A DNA stretch of 64,000 nucleotides from an uncultured delta proteobacterium. Its GTDB lineage: Bacteria; Desulfobacterota; Desulfobacteria; Desulfobacterales; JAHEIW01. The notes beneath the pieces are model-generated. The model was not told the origin of the DNA. It searched no databases and saw only the letters and a list, made by a program, of their open reading frames with translations. A program made the translations under genes and the position numbers. Positions 37,556-47,687 of the stretch are shown piece after piece. Every line of letters begins with the position of its first letter. Position 1 is the first letter of the stretch. Location of the stretch: contig CAVPNL010000004.1 in the NCBI GenBank assembly GCA_963706575.1, positions 128,001-192,000 of the forward strand, in the 5' to 3' direction.

Positions 37556-38806
37556 ATGCTTACAGACGCGTTAAAAAGGCCTCTGAGAATCTGCCTTTTA
37601 AGCTACCGGTGCAACCCGCATTGCGGCGGTCAGGGCGTGTATCTGAAAAATCTGAGTCGTGCCCTAAAGGATCTCGGGCATCGGGTAGAGGTGGTTGTCG
37701 GCCCACCGCAGCCGCAGCTTGATGATGACATCCCCTTTTATCAACTCCCATCTCTGGACCTTTACAACCCCGATGATCTGTTCAGGATGCCGTCTTTAAA
37801 AGAGCTTTCCCGGCCAATCAATCTAATCGAGTGGATCGGGGTTTCGACCATGGGATTCCCCGAGCCCTTTACCTTTGGACTGCGGACCCGCCGTTTCCTG
37901 CGAAACAGGCGCCAGCGATACGATATCGTCCACGACAACCAGGGATTGTCCTACGGCCTGCTCACCATAAAGAAATGGCTTCCCACCATTGCCACCATTC
38001 ACCATCCCATCACCGTCGATCGCAAAATCGCCGTCCGATCCGCTCCAACCATATGGAGAAAGATGCAACAATGGCGCTGGTATTCGTTTATCGGCATGCA
38101 AAAGCGCGTTTCCAGAATGCTTGACCATATTATTACGGTCTCCAAAACAGCCGGAAATGATATTTCCCACGATTTTAAGATTCCCCCGGGCCGATTCAGA
38201 ATCATACCCAACGGCGTTCGCACCGATCTGTTTTATCCGATTCCCGAAATTGCGCGGGAAAAAAACCGTCTGATCGTAACCAACAGCGCCGATATGCCCC
38301 TAAAAGGACTCTATTACCTGCTGCGGGCGGTTTCGAAAGTCGCTCAAACACACCCGATTCAACTCACCGTTGTGGGAATACCCCAAAAAAATGGGTACAG
38401 CCAGGAACTTATTCAAAAGCTGGGTATTGGAAACCGAATCACATTCACCGGTCGGATCGCCGACAAACAGTTCGTGCGCGAATACGCCAAGGCAACAGCG
38501 GCGGTTGTGCCGTCAGTGTATGAAGGATTTGGATTGCCCGTCGCCGAGGCCATGGCCTGCGCAGTGCCGGTCATCAGCACAACCGGCGGGGCCCTGCCCG
38601 AAGTTGTGGGTGACGCCGGTCTTCTGGTGCCGCCGGCCGATCACCGGGCTCTGGCAAACGCGATTTTAACGATCCTGGAACAACCGCAATTGGCTCAAAA
38701 ATTGGGCCGGGCAGGCTACCAAAGGGTTCATCAACATTTTACCTGGCTGAAAGCGGCCCAAAAGACCGTCGCGGTATATCGGGAGGCCATTCGTGATTAC
38801 CGTTGA
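37556..38806 (+). CDS. Glycosyltransferase family 4
   Basis: GGQG N-terminal motif, PSVYEGFGLPVAEAMAC, GGALPEVVGD. Confidence 0.93.
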   Translation: MLTDALKRPLRICLLSYRCNPHCGGQGVYLKNLSRALKDLGHRVEVVVGPPQPQLDDDIPFYQLPSLDLYNPDDLFRMPSLKELSRPINLIEWIGVSTMGFPEPFTFGLRTRRFLRNRRQRYDIVHDNQGLSYGLLTIKKWLPTIATIHHPITVDRKIAVRSAPTIWRKMQQWRWYSFIGMQKRVSRMLDHIITVSKTAGNDISHDFKIPPGRFRIIPNGVRTDLFYPIPEIAREKNRLIVTNSADMPLKGLYYLLRAVSKVAQTHPIQLTVVGIPQKNGYSQELIQKLGIGNRITFTGRIADKQFVREYAKATAAVVPSVYEGFGLPVAEAMACAVPVISTTGGALPEVVGDAGLLVPPADHRALANAILTILEQPQLAQKLGRAGYQRVHQHFTWLKAAQKTVAVYREAIRDYR

Positions 38807-39503
38807 TTTCAAGCAGCTCCAAATCAACCCCGGTTGCCGCATACTGGACATCGGCTGTGGAACAGGACGCCACACTTCGGCGGCCTTTCAGTTTAAGAAA
38901 ATTACCGTTATCGGCGCCGATCACAATATAAATGACCTTTGCGAAGCCAGAAACCGGATTCAATTACATGAAAGACTGGGTGAACACGGCGGCGGGCGGT
39001 GGGGACTGGCCGCCGCCGATATCGCCGGCCTGCCGTTTAAAAACGATGTCTTCGATCTGGTTATTTGCTCCGAAGTACTTGAGCACGTTTCCCGGGATGA
39101 CATCGCTGTCAATGAGCTCGTCCGGGTTTTAAAGCCGGAACATAACCTGGTGGTCAGCGTTCCGCGTTACCTGCCGGAACGCATCTGCTGGGCGCTGTCC
39201 AAAGATTATAGGGCCGCAGATAACGGCCATGTCAGAATTTACCGCAAAAAAAAACTTATCCGGTATTTGGAAAGTCTCGGCCTAAAACGCTGGGCGGTGC
39301 GCTACGCCCATAGCCTGCACACCCCCTATTGGTGGCTGAAATGCCTGGTGGGGCCCGGCCGCGAAGACGCGGTAATGGTGAACCTTTACCATCGTTTTTT
39401 GTCCTGGGATATCATGAATAAACCGAAACTGACCGGTTGGATGGATAGATTGCTCAATCCGGTTCTGGGAAAAAGCCTGGTGGTTTATCTGAGAAAAGAA
39501 TAA
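38793..39503 (+). CDS. Class I SAM-dependent methyltransferase
   Basis: ILDIGCGTGRH, LPFKNDVFD.VICSEVLEH, RVLKP; overlaps GT4 stop. Confidence 0.92.
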   Translation: MITVDFKQLQINPGCRILDIGCGTGRHTSAAFQFKKITVIGADHNINDLCEARNRIQLHERLGEHGGGRWGLAAADIAGLPFKNDVFDLVICSEVLEHVSRDDIAVNELVRVLKPEHNLVVSVPRYLPERICWALSKDYRAADNGHVRIYRKKKLIRYLESLGLKRWAVRYAHSLHTPYWWLKCLVGPGREDAVMVNLYHRFLSWDIMNKPKLTGWMDRLLNPVLGKSLVVYLRKE

Positions 39504-39575
39504 TGAGCTTGCCATCGAATTCGAATAACAATTAACCAATAACGAATAACACCTAATTGAGTGGATATCGCTCAA

Positions 39576-40193
39576 TTAGGTCCTCCGTTGAAGTACGCCC
39601 AGAGTTTTGATCATAGACAGGGGACCAAATTGTCCGGAAGAAAGCGCCAGATTATAAATTTGGCGGGGTGCCTGCCCGCCTTCCGCAGGGTCTTCAAAAA
39701 TATCGTGGATGAGAAGATATCCCCCCGGCTTAATATGCGGCGCCCAGCAGTCATAATCTGAAAAAGCCGCTTGAGCCGTGTGACCCCCATCGATAAACAC
39801 CAGGCTCAATGGTGTCGCCCACAGCCGGGCTGCTACATCCGAGCGGCTGACCATGGCCACAACCGTATCTTCAAGGCCGGCTTCTTCCAGCGTCTTGCGA
39901 AATTCGTGAAACGTATCCACCCGGCCGGTTTCAGGGTCAAAAAGCGCAGGATCAAAATAGGCCTGACCGGGTTGTTGTTCTTCAGACCCGCGATGATGAT
40001 CAATGGAAAACAGGATGCCATTGTTCGTTTTGCAGGCCATGCCGATATAGATCGTTGATTTGCCGCAATAGCTGCCGATCTCCAAACACGGGCCCGTCCG
40101 ACTGGCCTCAAGCGCAATTTCGTATAAACAGCGCCCTTCTTCTTCATCGAGGAAGCCTTTGGTGCTGCTGAGTAGCTCGGGGTCAATGTTCAT
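39576..40193 (-). CDS. Class I SAM-dependent methyltransferase (Methyltransf_24-like)
   Basis: KGFL, LEIGSYCGKST, SIDHHRGSEE, VFIDGGH, IHD. Confidence 0.88.
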   Translation of the reverse strand: MNIDPELLSSTKGFLDEEEGRCLYEIALEASRTGPCLEIGSYCGKSTIYIGMACKTNNGILFSIDHHRGSEEQQPGQAYFDPALFDPETGRVDTFHEFRKTLEEAGLEDTVVAMVSRSDVAARLWATPLSLVFIDGGHTAQAAFSDYDCWAPHIKPGGYLLIHDIFEDPAEGGQAPRQIYNLALSSGQFGPLSMIKTLGVLQRRT

Positions 40194-40293
40194 ACTGCGG
40201 TTCTCAGGTACGAGGACGGGTACGACCAGAAGCACCGAATTCGTTTGTCGTCCTCGGATTCTCTCCAATTCTTAATTTTCAGCTTGCTGAAGT

Positions 40294-40348
40294 GTAAGGC
40301 CGGCCTCCGTGCCGGCCAGGGCAAAGCAGCCACGGAGGGCTGCCCTAC
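40294..40348. repeat. GTAG-type REP doublet (REPIN)
   Basis: GTAAGGCCGGCCTCCGTGCCGGCC ... GCAGCCACGGAGGGCTGCCCTAC; sister copy at 47579-47633. Confidence 0.7.
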
Positions 40349-40481
40349 TCTTGACAGGTGACTCCGACCATATTTTTCAGATTATTAAAGCACAAAAAGG
40401 CCGGTATCACTTAAAGGCAGATAGAATATCGAACATTGAACAAGGAATTTCGAATGATGAAGTAATCTAGCCGTATGGCCA

Positions 40482-42629
40482 TCACTCCTGTGACCGGCGA
40501 TCAAAGCTGCTGACGAGAACGTCCCTGGGCTTGGCGCCGTCTGAAGGGCCGACGATCCCTTCTTTTTCCATTTTTTCGATAATCCGGGCCGCTCGATTAT
40601 ATCCGATTCTCAAATGGCGCTGGATCATGGAAATGGAGGCTTGCCCGGCCTCGGTGACAAGGGCCACCGCATCGTCATAGCGCTCGTCATAATCATCATC
40701 ATCGGATTCGGTGGATTGGATGGCGGATGTTTCGGTAACTTCTTCGTCGTATTCCGGTTTTTCCTGGCTCCTTAAAAATGCAAGGACCTGAGTCAGCTCG
40801 CCCTCGGAAATATAGGCGCCGTGAATGCGTTGCAGCTTGGCGGTGCCGGGCGGTAAAAACAACATATCCCCGTTGCCGAGCAGATTTTCGGCACCATTGG
40901 TATCGATAATGGTTCGAGAATCGGTTCGGGAAGAAACCTGAAAAGTCAGACGGGTCGGGAAATTGGCTTTGATAATGCCGGTTAATACATCCACAGAGGG
41001 CCGCTGGGTCGCTAAAATCAGGTGGATTCCGGCGGCCCGGGCCATCTGGGCCAGCCGCGTTAGCCCGACCTCAACATCCCGCGAAGCGAGCATCATCAGG
41101 TCGGCAAGCTCATCAATGACAATCACGATATAAGGCAGTGTTTTGGGGGCTTCCTTATCGGCCGGTTTTTGCGCCTTGGCCACTTTATTGTTGTATTGTT
41201 TGATATTACGGGCGGTCATTTCGGAAAACAGTTCGTAGCGTTTTTCCATTTCGCGTACCGCCCAAAAAAGCGCATTGGTGGCTTTCTTTGGATCGGTGAC
41301 CACCGGCGTAATCAGATGGGGGATTCCGTCATAACTGGAAAGCTCGATGCGTTTGGGGTCGACCAGAATAATTTTGACTTCATCCGGCCTGGCCTTGTAA
41401 AGCAGGCTGCAAATCATCGCATTTAAGGCGACACTTTTCCCGGCACCGGTAGCACCGGCAATTAACAGATGCGGCATTTTGTCCAATTCTGCAACCACCG
41501 GATTGCCGACAATATCCTTGCCCAGACAAAGGGTCAGCCTAGATTTTGATTTTTCAAATGCGCTGGATGCAATAACCTCTTTGAATTTGACCATCTGACG
41601 ATTGGTGTTCGGAACCTCGATGCCAATCACCGCTTTGCCGGGGATCGGCGCCACAATCCGGATACTGATTGCCCGCATGGCCAGCGCCAGATCATCGGTC
41701 AGATTGACAATTTTGTTGATCTTTACACCAGGGGCCGGCTCGTATTCAAAGGTCGTAATGACCGGTCCGGGGGCGACCTCAACCACCCTGCCGTGAACCC
41801 CGAAATCTTCCAGTTTCTTCTCAAGCAACTGGGACTGCATACGCAAATTTTCATCATCGGCAGAGCCGATCTGAAATTCCGGCTCCTCCAGAAAATTAAT
41901 CGACGGTATCTGAAAGCCTTTCCCGGTCTTCATAAAATTAAATTCTTCCTGCTTGGGTGCCGCAACAGGCTTGACGGGTTTGGCCTTAGTGTCCTTTATT
42001 TTTATTTCCTTTTTGCGGGGGGGGTGACGGTCAATTTTGGCGAATTTCTTTGAGCGTTCGCGGCGCTCTTTCCATTTAAGATATACGGTCATCACGCGGT
42101 CCACTACGACGGATATCCAATCCCAGCATCGCAAGCAGAAGGCAATCAATGAAAAACCGGTGGACAGGATGAACCCGATGACCCACAGCAGGATCAATAT
42201 AATTAGCGCACCGGTGAAATTGGTGTATTTTGTTAAAAATAATTTAAAGGGTATGCCGACCAGACCGCCGGCTGAAAATTCGCTGCCGAACATAACATAG
42301 GTGTTTTGCTGCAGGGCCAGCAGACTGCCGCTGGTGACCACCAGCAGAATACCGCCGATCAGGGTAGAAATTTTGGCCTTCATCGGGTGATCCCCGAAAA
42401 AATGAATGCTGGTCAACAGCAGCAACAGCGGGATCCAAAATGCGCCCAGCCCAAAGATGCCGATTAAAGCGCCCGATACATGCGCACCGACCAAACCGAA
42501 CAAATTGTGAATCGAGCCCCCGGTTTTCGCATTATGAATCGAGGGGTCATGCGGGCTAAAAGACAACAAACTGATCAGGGTAAAAATGACCAGGAAAAAA
42601 CAAAAGATGCCGATGATTTCCTTGCGCAT
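40482..42629 (-). CDS. ftsK: DNA translocase FtsK
   Basis: 4TM N-terminus, PHLLIAGATGAGKS, IDELADLM, LATQRP, gamma domain IGYNRAARI. Confidence 0.98.
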   Translation of the reverse strand: MRKEIIGIFCFFLVIFTLISLLSFSPHDPSIHNAKTGGSIHNLFGLVGAHVSGALIGIFGLGAFWIPLLLLLTSIHFFGDHPMKAKISTLIGGILLVVTSGSLLALQQNTYVMFGSEFSAGGLVGIPFKLFLTKYTNFTGALIILILLWVIGFILSTGFSLIAFCLRCWDWISVVVDRVMTVYLKWKERRERSKKFAKIDRHPPRKKEIKIKDTKAKPVKPVAAPKQEEFNFMKTGKGFQIPSINFLEEPEFQIGSADDENLRMQSQLLEKKLEDFGVHGRVVEVAPGPVITTFEYEPAPGVKINKIVNLTDDLALAMRAISIRIVAPIPGKAVIGIEVPNTNRQMVKFKEVIASSAFEKSKSRLTLCLGKDIVGNPVVAELDKMPHLLIAGATGAGKSVALNAMICSLLYKARPDEVKIILVDPKRIELSSYDGIPHLITPVVTDPKKATNALFWAVREMEKRYELFSEMTARNIKQYNNKVAKAQKPADKEAPKTLPYIVIVIDELADLMMLASRDVEVGLTRLAQMARAAGIHLILATQRPSVDVLTGIIKANFPTRLTFQVSSRTDSRTIIDTNGAENLLGNGDMLFLPPGTAKLQRIHGAYISEGELTQVLAFLRSQEKPEYDEEVTETSAIQSTESDDDDYDERYDDAVALVTEAGQASISMIQRHLRIGYNRAARIIEKMEKEGIVGPSDGAKPRDVLVSSFDRRSQE

Positions 42630-42642
42630 AAGTTTTTATCGG

Positions 42643-42835
42643 GTTGCGAGTTGCGCGTTACGAGTTAAGAGTTGTGAGTTGTGAGACTCAGAAGTCAGTC
42701 ATCTATCAGTTGTTTAAATGGTTTGATTGGTTTAATTTGTTCAATTGGTTCGGTTTAAGCCAACCAATGAAACCAATAAAACAAATAAAACGAATCTAAC
42801 AAATCCTCGAGTCGCAGAACCTCTGAACTTTGAAC
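42643..42835. repeat. Composite tandem-repeat spacer (7-mer GTTGCGA array, inverted 9-mer array, TGAACCT remnant)
   Basis: gttgcga gttgcgc gttacga gttaaga gttgtga gttgtga; ttggtttaa-type units 42709-42750 vs aaccaatNN units 42762-42804. Confidence 0.75.
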
Positions 42836-42863
42836 TATTACGTTGCCAGCAGCCAGCGACCGA

Positions 42864-44513
42864 TTAGACTTCCATAATAAACGGAAGTATAACTGGCCGG
42901 CGTCCGATGGTAAAGAAAAAATATTGCCGCAACGCGGTTTTGATCTTTGAACGGATTTTATCCACCCGATTGGTAACCTCCGGTGTTATTTCTTCTACAA
43001 TTTCCAAGACCACACATTGAGCATCCTCCAGCAGGTAACCGCTTTCAGTTTCAAAGACAAACCCCCGGGAAACAATCTCGGGTCCGTAGACAACCACACC
43101 GGTTTCTTCATCAAACGCCATCGTCACGGCAACCAGGCCCTCTTCTGAAAGCATCCTGCGTTCTTTTAAAACGCTTCGGCCGACGTCACCGACACCCTTA
43201 CCATCGATGAGCACCCGGCCGGTTGGAATCCGTCCGCTAATCCGGCCGCCTTTTTTATCAAATTCAATAATCTGTCCGTTTTCCGCCAACAATATGTTTT
43301 TTTCCGGGATACCCACTTCTTTTGCCAGCCGTGAATGCAAAATAAGATGCCGGTATTCCCCATGGATTGGGATAAAGTATCGGGGCCGGGTCAATTTAAT
43401 CATCAGTTTCAGTTCTTCCCGAAATGCATGGCCGGATACATGAATATCGGATATTTTCTCGTAAATAACGTCGGCGCCTTTGCGGTACATGTTATTAATA
43501 ATCTTGGCAATCGCCTTTTCATTGCCGGGAATGAATTTGGAGGACAGCACCACTGTATCCCCCTTTTTTATTTTTATTTGTTTGTGGGTTCCGGCTGACA
43601 TTCGCGCCAGGGCAGACATCGGTTCGCCCTGGGTGCCGGTGGTAATGATGATGATTTCATCATCATCATGGTCGGCGACCTCATCAATTGAGATGATCTT
43701 GCTGTCGGTGGTGTCCAGGTACCCCAGTTCCCTTGCGATACGAACACTGTCTTCAATGCTTTTACCGTCAAATATGATCATTTTACCGTTGGCTTTGGCA
43801 ATATCCACAATAACCTGAATGCGGGCAATATTCGAAGCGAACAGGGCGACAATGACACGGCCGCTGCTTGCGGTTGTGATCCGCATCAGGGTCTCACAGA
43901 TCTCCTTGTCAGAAATCGGGTACCCTTCCCGTTCTACATTGGTGGAATCGGACAACAGCGCCAAAACTCCCTCTTCGCCGAATTTGGCAAATTTGTTGAC
44001 ATCCGTTGCCCGTTCATCGCCGGATCCATATCCGATTTTAAAATCGCCGGTATGAATAATTCTTCCCAATGGACTCTGAATGGCAATCCCCACACCATCT
44101 AAAACGCTGTGACCCACCCGTATAAACTCCAGCGTAAAGGGACCCAATTTTAACGTTTCATCCGGTAATATGGTGTGTAAGGCCGCTGAACCATTGAGTT
44201 CATACTCTTTGGTTTTTTGCCGGACCAGCCCCAGCGTAAAGGGTGTACCAAAAACCGGCGCTTTGAGCTCCTTTAGCAAATACGGCAGCGCGCCAATATG
44301 ATCTTCATGCGCATGCGTTAAAACGATACCCGCCACGCTGGACCGGTTCTGACGTAAATAGTCCATATCCGGGATGACAAAATCCACACCCAGCATATAA
44401 TCTTCGGGAAACATCAACCCGGCATCGATCACAAAAAGCGTGCCGCCGTATTCGAATACCATCATATTCAGGCCAATTTCGCCAAGGCCGCCTAAGGGAA
44501 TAATCTTTAGCAT
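42864..44513 (-). CDS. rnj: Ribonuclease J
   Basis: IIPLGGLGEIG.N, THAHEDHIG, HTGDFK, DSTN, HVSGH, PIHGE. Confidence 0.97.
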   Translation of the reverse strand: MLKIIPLGGLGEIGLNMMVFEYGGTLFVIDAGLMFPEDYMLGVDFVIPDMDYLRQNRSSVAGIVLTHAHEDHIGALPYLLKELKAPVFGTPFTLGLVRQKTKEYELNGSAALHTILPDETLKLGPFTLEFIRVGHSVLDGVGIAIQSPLGRIIHTGDFKIGYGSGDERATDVNKFAKFGEEGVLALLSDSTNVEREGYPISDKEICETLMRITTASSGRVIVALFASNIARIQVIVDIAKANGKMIIFDGKSIEDSVRIARELGYLDTTDSKIISIDEVADHDDDEIIIITTGTQGEPMSALARMSAGTHKQIKIKKGDTVVLSSKFIPGNEKAIAKIINNMYRKGADVIYEKISDIHVSGHAFREELKLMIKLTRPRYFIPIHGEYRHLILHSRLAKEVGIPEKNILLAENGQIIEFDKKGGRISGRIPTGRVLIDGKGVGDVGRSVLKERRMLSEEGLVAVTMAFDEETGVVVYGPEIVSRGFVFETESGYLLEDAQCVVLEIVEEITPEVTNRVDKIRSKIKTALRQYFFFTIGRRPVILPFIMEV

Positions 44514-45232
44514 GCGCGCTCATCCATTTTGCTGTTCTCAAAATTGTCACAAATGACACGTCGAACGTTTTCCATTAGCGCTTCTTTTGTCTCACGGGTA
44601 TATGTCGAAGTTCCGATCGGCTTGTGGATAACCATGCTGACACGACCCGGATAGACCCGAAACCTGCCCTTGGGCATTATCGCGCGCGTCCCGGTTATGA
44701 CAACCGGAACAATCGGGACGCCGGAATCAATCGCCATAACAAACCCCCCTTTTTTGAAAGGCCGGATTTTACCGTCCCGACTACGGGTGCCTTCCGGAAA
44801 AATGAGCACCGATACGCCGCTTTTAATCTTGTCGGCCGCCACTTTAAGGCTCTCAAAAGCCGATTCGCGGTGATATCGGTTAATACTGATATAACCGGCC
44901 TTGCGCATGGCGCGCCCGAAAACCGGAATTTTAAAAAGCTCCATTTTGGCCAGCCATCGAAACTGAACCGTAAGATGCCCCAGTAAAACCGGTATATCAA
45001 AATTACTCTGGTGATTGGGCATATAAATATAGGGGCTCGAAGGGTCGATGTTGGACAGTCCTTTAACGCTAACTTTAATCCGGCTGACCATCAGAATTGA
45101 TCTGCCCCATAACCGGGCAATTTTGTGCAAGGGATTGCCCGATCGGACAAAAAACGAAAGCACGATGACCAGTGTTCCCGCCACCAGCGTGGCAAAAAAA
45201 ACCCAGATCGTTATGTATAGGGTCCGAATCAT
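44507..45232 (-). CDS. plsC: 1-acyl-sn-glycerol-3-phosphate acyltransferase
   Basis: NHQSNFD, FPEGTRS, FKKG. Confidence 0.93.
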   Translation of the reverse strand: MIRTLYITIWVFFATLVAGTLVIVLSFFVRSGNPLHKIARLWGRSILMVSRIKVSVKGLSNIDPSSPYIYMPNHQSNFDIPVLLGHLTVQFRWLAKMELFKIPVFGRAMRKAGYISINRYHRESAFESLKVAADKIKSGVSVLIFPEGTRSRDGKIRPFKKGGFVMAIDSGVPIVPVVITGTRAIMPKGRFRVYPGRVSMVIHKPIGTSTYTRETKEALMENVRRVICDNFENSKMDERAC

Positions 45233-45573
45233 GTTGCGATGTCCAATTTTTCAAATATGGCATCCACAACCTCCATAATCCAGATCCGTTGTTCCCTTGA
45301 GGCATATCCGATACAGGCGCATCGGATTCGGTTTTTGGTGCGAACTAGCAATTCAATGGCAAAACGTTTTTCCTCCAACTCAATGGCAAAGTAAAAGGGC
45401 TGGCAATCGGTATGCGCATGTTGTATCTCCGTCAGCACCTCTGCTGCTAACGGTACCCAATAGACACCGCCCATTTCTACCGGGCCATAAGATGCATCCA
45501 GATATTGCTGAATTTTATGATGATCCTCGGGCCGAATTTCATCGATCACATATTGCTTCATGGCAGATGGCAA
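45229..45573 (-). CDS. Hypothetical protein (Cys/His-containing)
   Basis: Translationally coupled to plsC (ATGA overlap); plausible composition; start may be 45561. Confidence 0.7.
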   Translation of the reverse strand: MPSAMKQYVIDEIRPEDHHKIQQYLDASYGPVEMGGVYWVPLAAEVLTEIQHAHTDCQPFYFAIELEEKRFAIELLVRTKNRIRCACIGYASREQRIWIMEVVDAIFEKLDIAT

Positions 45574-45891
45574 ATGTTATATGACATGCTGGGTTAGCGC
45601 TCCCCCTTGCGAAATCGGCGGATTGGATTTTTGCACCGCAAGCGCTAAACGCCAAGGGCGCAGGCTTGCCTGAAATGCCGCAGGCGGAACGTGAAAAAGG
45701 GCGTGGAGCATCCAGTATAGATGCATTTAACTACCATATTTTGCGCATACAGGCAAGGTGTAGATAAGGCGACAAGCTCCTATTTTTAATGATAAATATA
45801 ATCTTCTTGGTTCAAAAAAGGAACGGGCGTTAAGGGACGCAGGTTTGAGTTACCATGGAGAATTCAAAAGGCGGGCAGTCGACGTATTCAT

Positions 45892-45944
45892 AAAACAGGA
45901 CCCCCTGCCCCGGCTTCCGAAATCGGATCTCCGGGCAGGGGGTC
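45892..45944 (-). terminator. GC-rich hairpin after ferredoxin
   Basis: GACCCCCTGCCC / GGGCAGGGGGTC 12-bp stem followed on minus strand by CTGTTTT. Confidence 0.6.
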
Positions 45945-45952
45945 AAACCGGA

Positions 45953-46141
45953 TTAGGTTTCTTCAACGACAATAGCGCCTTCTTCACAGACCTCGACACA
46001 GCTTTCGCAGCCCAGACATTCTTCGGCGTTGACGGGCACGGATTTGCCATCTTGCATTTCAAAGACTTCAACCGGGCAAACATCCACACATTCTTCACAG
46101 CCAGCGCATTTTTCTTCGTCGACGATAGGATTAAAAGCCAT
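45953..46141 (-). CDS. 2[4Fe-4S] ferredoxin
   Basis: CAGCEECVDVCP and CLGCESCVEVC motifs, acidic 62 aa, AAGGAG RBS. Confidence 0.96.
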   Translation of the reverse strand: MAFNPIVDEEKCAGCEECVDVCPVEVFEMQDGKSVPVNAEECLGCESCVEVCEEGAIVVEET

Positions 46142-46417
46142 TATATACGTCTCCTTTCGAATTAGGTATTTATTAAGGTGATGGAAACCCACCTTGGATT
46201 CTGCTTAAGGGGAAAGTCAATATACCAATTGGAAAACCGAGTCAAGTCCTGATAACAATTTTTATCTAAATTGAGCGTTTCAAATTTTAAAAAGAGATTA
46301 TTGCATATTATATTCAATGAATTCTGTCGATTTATATTTCTAATATTTGAAAGGCTCAACTTAGATTTTGGTAAATTTTAATAAATTTGTATTTATCAGG
46401 TATTTCGTGTTTCGTTT

Positions 46418-47452
46418 TTAGTGTTTGGTGTTTAGCGTATCGATGGATCGCCGATCGATGAGCCCGATCAGGGTGTTGCCGGCCTCAGCGCTTTGATCGG
46501 GAATGAGTGGATCGATATTCTGATCTTCGAAAATCGGCTTAAATGTATCCACCGGGCCTTGGCCGGACACCATATATAATGTCAGCCCAACGTTTGAGCG
46601 CTGATCCTGTGGCAGGGGCATATCACCGAAGGGGTCCTCAGCTGCAGCACCCCGGTTTTCGATAAGCTGTTTTATCTGTTTTAAAAACGAATCCCGCCAG
46701 ATGCTGGCGCAATCATCTTTCGTATTCGTGACCGGCAGTCCTTCAAATTGAATAACCTTTTGCGCTGCAGCCAGGTTTTCAATCACGTGATTGAAAACCG
46801 CTGGGCTGCTGGTCACAAAAAGCCCTGAATCAACCGGGTCGCTCATAAACAGGCGCAGCCACGCCTGTAATCGGTCTGGTGCCATATATTCAGTGGGATC
46901 TTCGATTCTGATTTCAGCGTTAAGCGGGGTAACCGGTAAACCATTTTCCCTTTCACCACTTATTTCTTTGAGCAGATCACGCGAAAGCCGATCATTAACA
47001 CCAAGGTCTCGATTTAACTCGGCACTCTGCCGGTCAAATTCCTGGGCAAAATCAAGAAAGACCCGTGCGCAAAACAATGGATCGAAATCCGCTTCGGCAG
47101 ATGCAATCCGGCTGCTTTTTTTTACATCCGAGACAATCCGGGAAACTGTAGATTCACCAAAACAGGGAATGGCCCCCTGCTGCCCCCAAAAAACCGCCGT
47201 TTTGAGGTTCTTACTGTCATCGTGCAGGCCGGCAAACGCCCGTAATTCTTTTGCCATCTTTGCAAGGGTCTCATCTTTCGTCTGCACGGGCACGCGGACC
47301 TCCATCACATTTTCCTCGATCCAGGGCTGCATCTCTGAAGGTAATTTTCGGCCCGAGGGCTGATAGACGGTAAACTGCTTAAAACAGGCGGCCAATGTTT
47401 CCGCCACCCATTGGGGCACGTAGGTATAAGGGAAATAGATCGGTTTTACCAT
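46418..47452 (-). CDS. Hypothetical protein
   Basis: 344-aa ORF with GGAG RBS; no motif recognised. Confidence 0.75.
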   Translation of the reverse strand: MVKPIYFPYTYVPQWVAETLAACFKQFTVYQPSGRKLPSEMQPWIEENVMEVRVPVQTKDETLAKMAKELRAFAGLHDDSKNLKTAVFWGQQGAIPCFGESTVSRIVSDVKKSSRIASAEADFDPLFCARVFLDFAQEFDRQSAELNRDLGVNDRLSRDLLKEISGERENGLPVTPLNAEIRIEDPTEYMAPDRLQAWLRLFMSDPVDSGLFVTSSPAVFNHVIENLAAAQKVIQFEGLPVTNTKDDCASIWRDSFLKQIKQLIENRGAAAEDPFGDMPLPQDQRSNVGLTLYMVSGQGPVDTFKPIFEDQNIDPLIPDQSAEAGNTLIGLIDRRSIDTLNTKH

Positions 47453-47496
47453 TTTCGGTTCTCCATCCTAAAGGTGTTCAACTTCAATCAAAATTA

Positions 47497-47682
47497 GGTG
47501 TCAGTCAACAGGTTCAATGGATCACGGTTCAGAGGTTCAGGGGCTAGATAACTGAAGATAGATTTCAGAGGTCAGATAGTAGGGTCGGCCTCCGTGCCGA
47601 CCTCTGAACGGCGGGCGCAGAGGCCCGCCCTACTTTTGAACCCAGAACCTCTGAACTTAGAACCCTGAACCTTTGAACCTTT
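47497..47682. repeat. Nested cassette: inverted GGTTCAGA-type array enclosing a GTAG REP doublet
   Basis: aggttcaa..ggttcagaggttcagg [GTAGGGTCGGCCTCCGTGCCGACC...GCGGGCGCAGAGGCCCGCCCTAC] tgaacccagaacctctgaac..gaaccctgaacctttgaacct. Confidence 0.78.
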
Positions 47683-47687
47683 AATCC

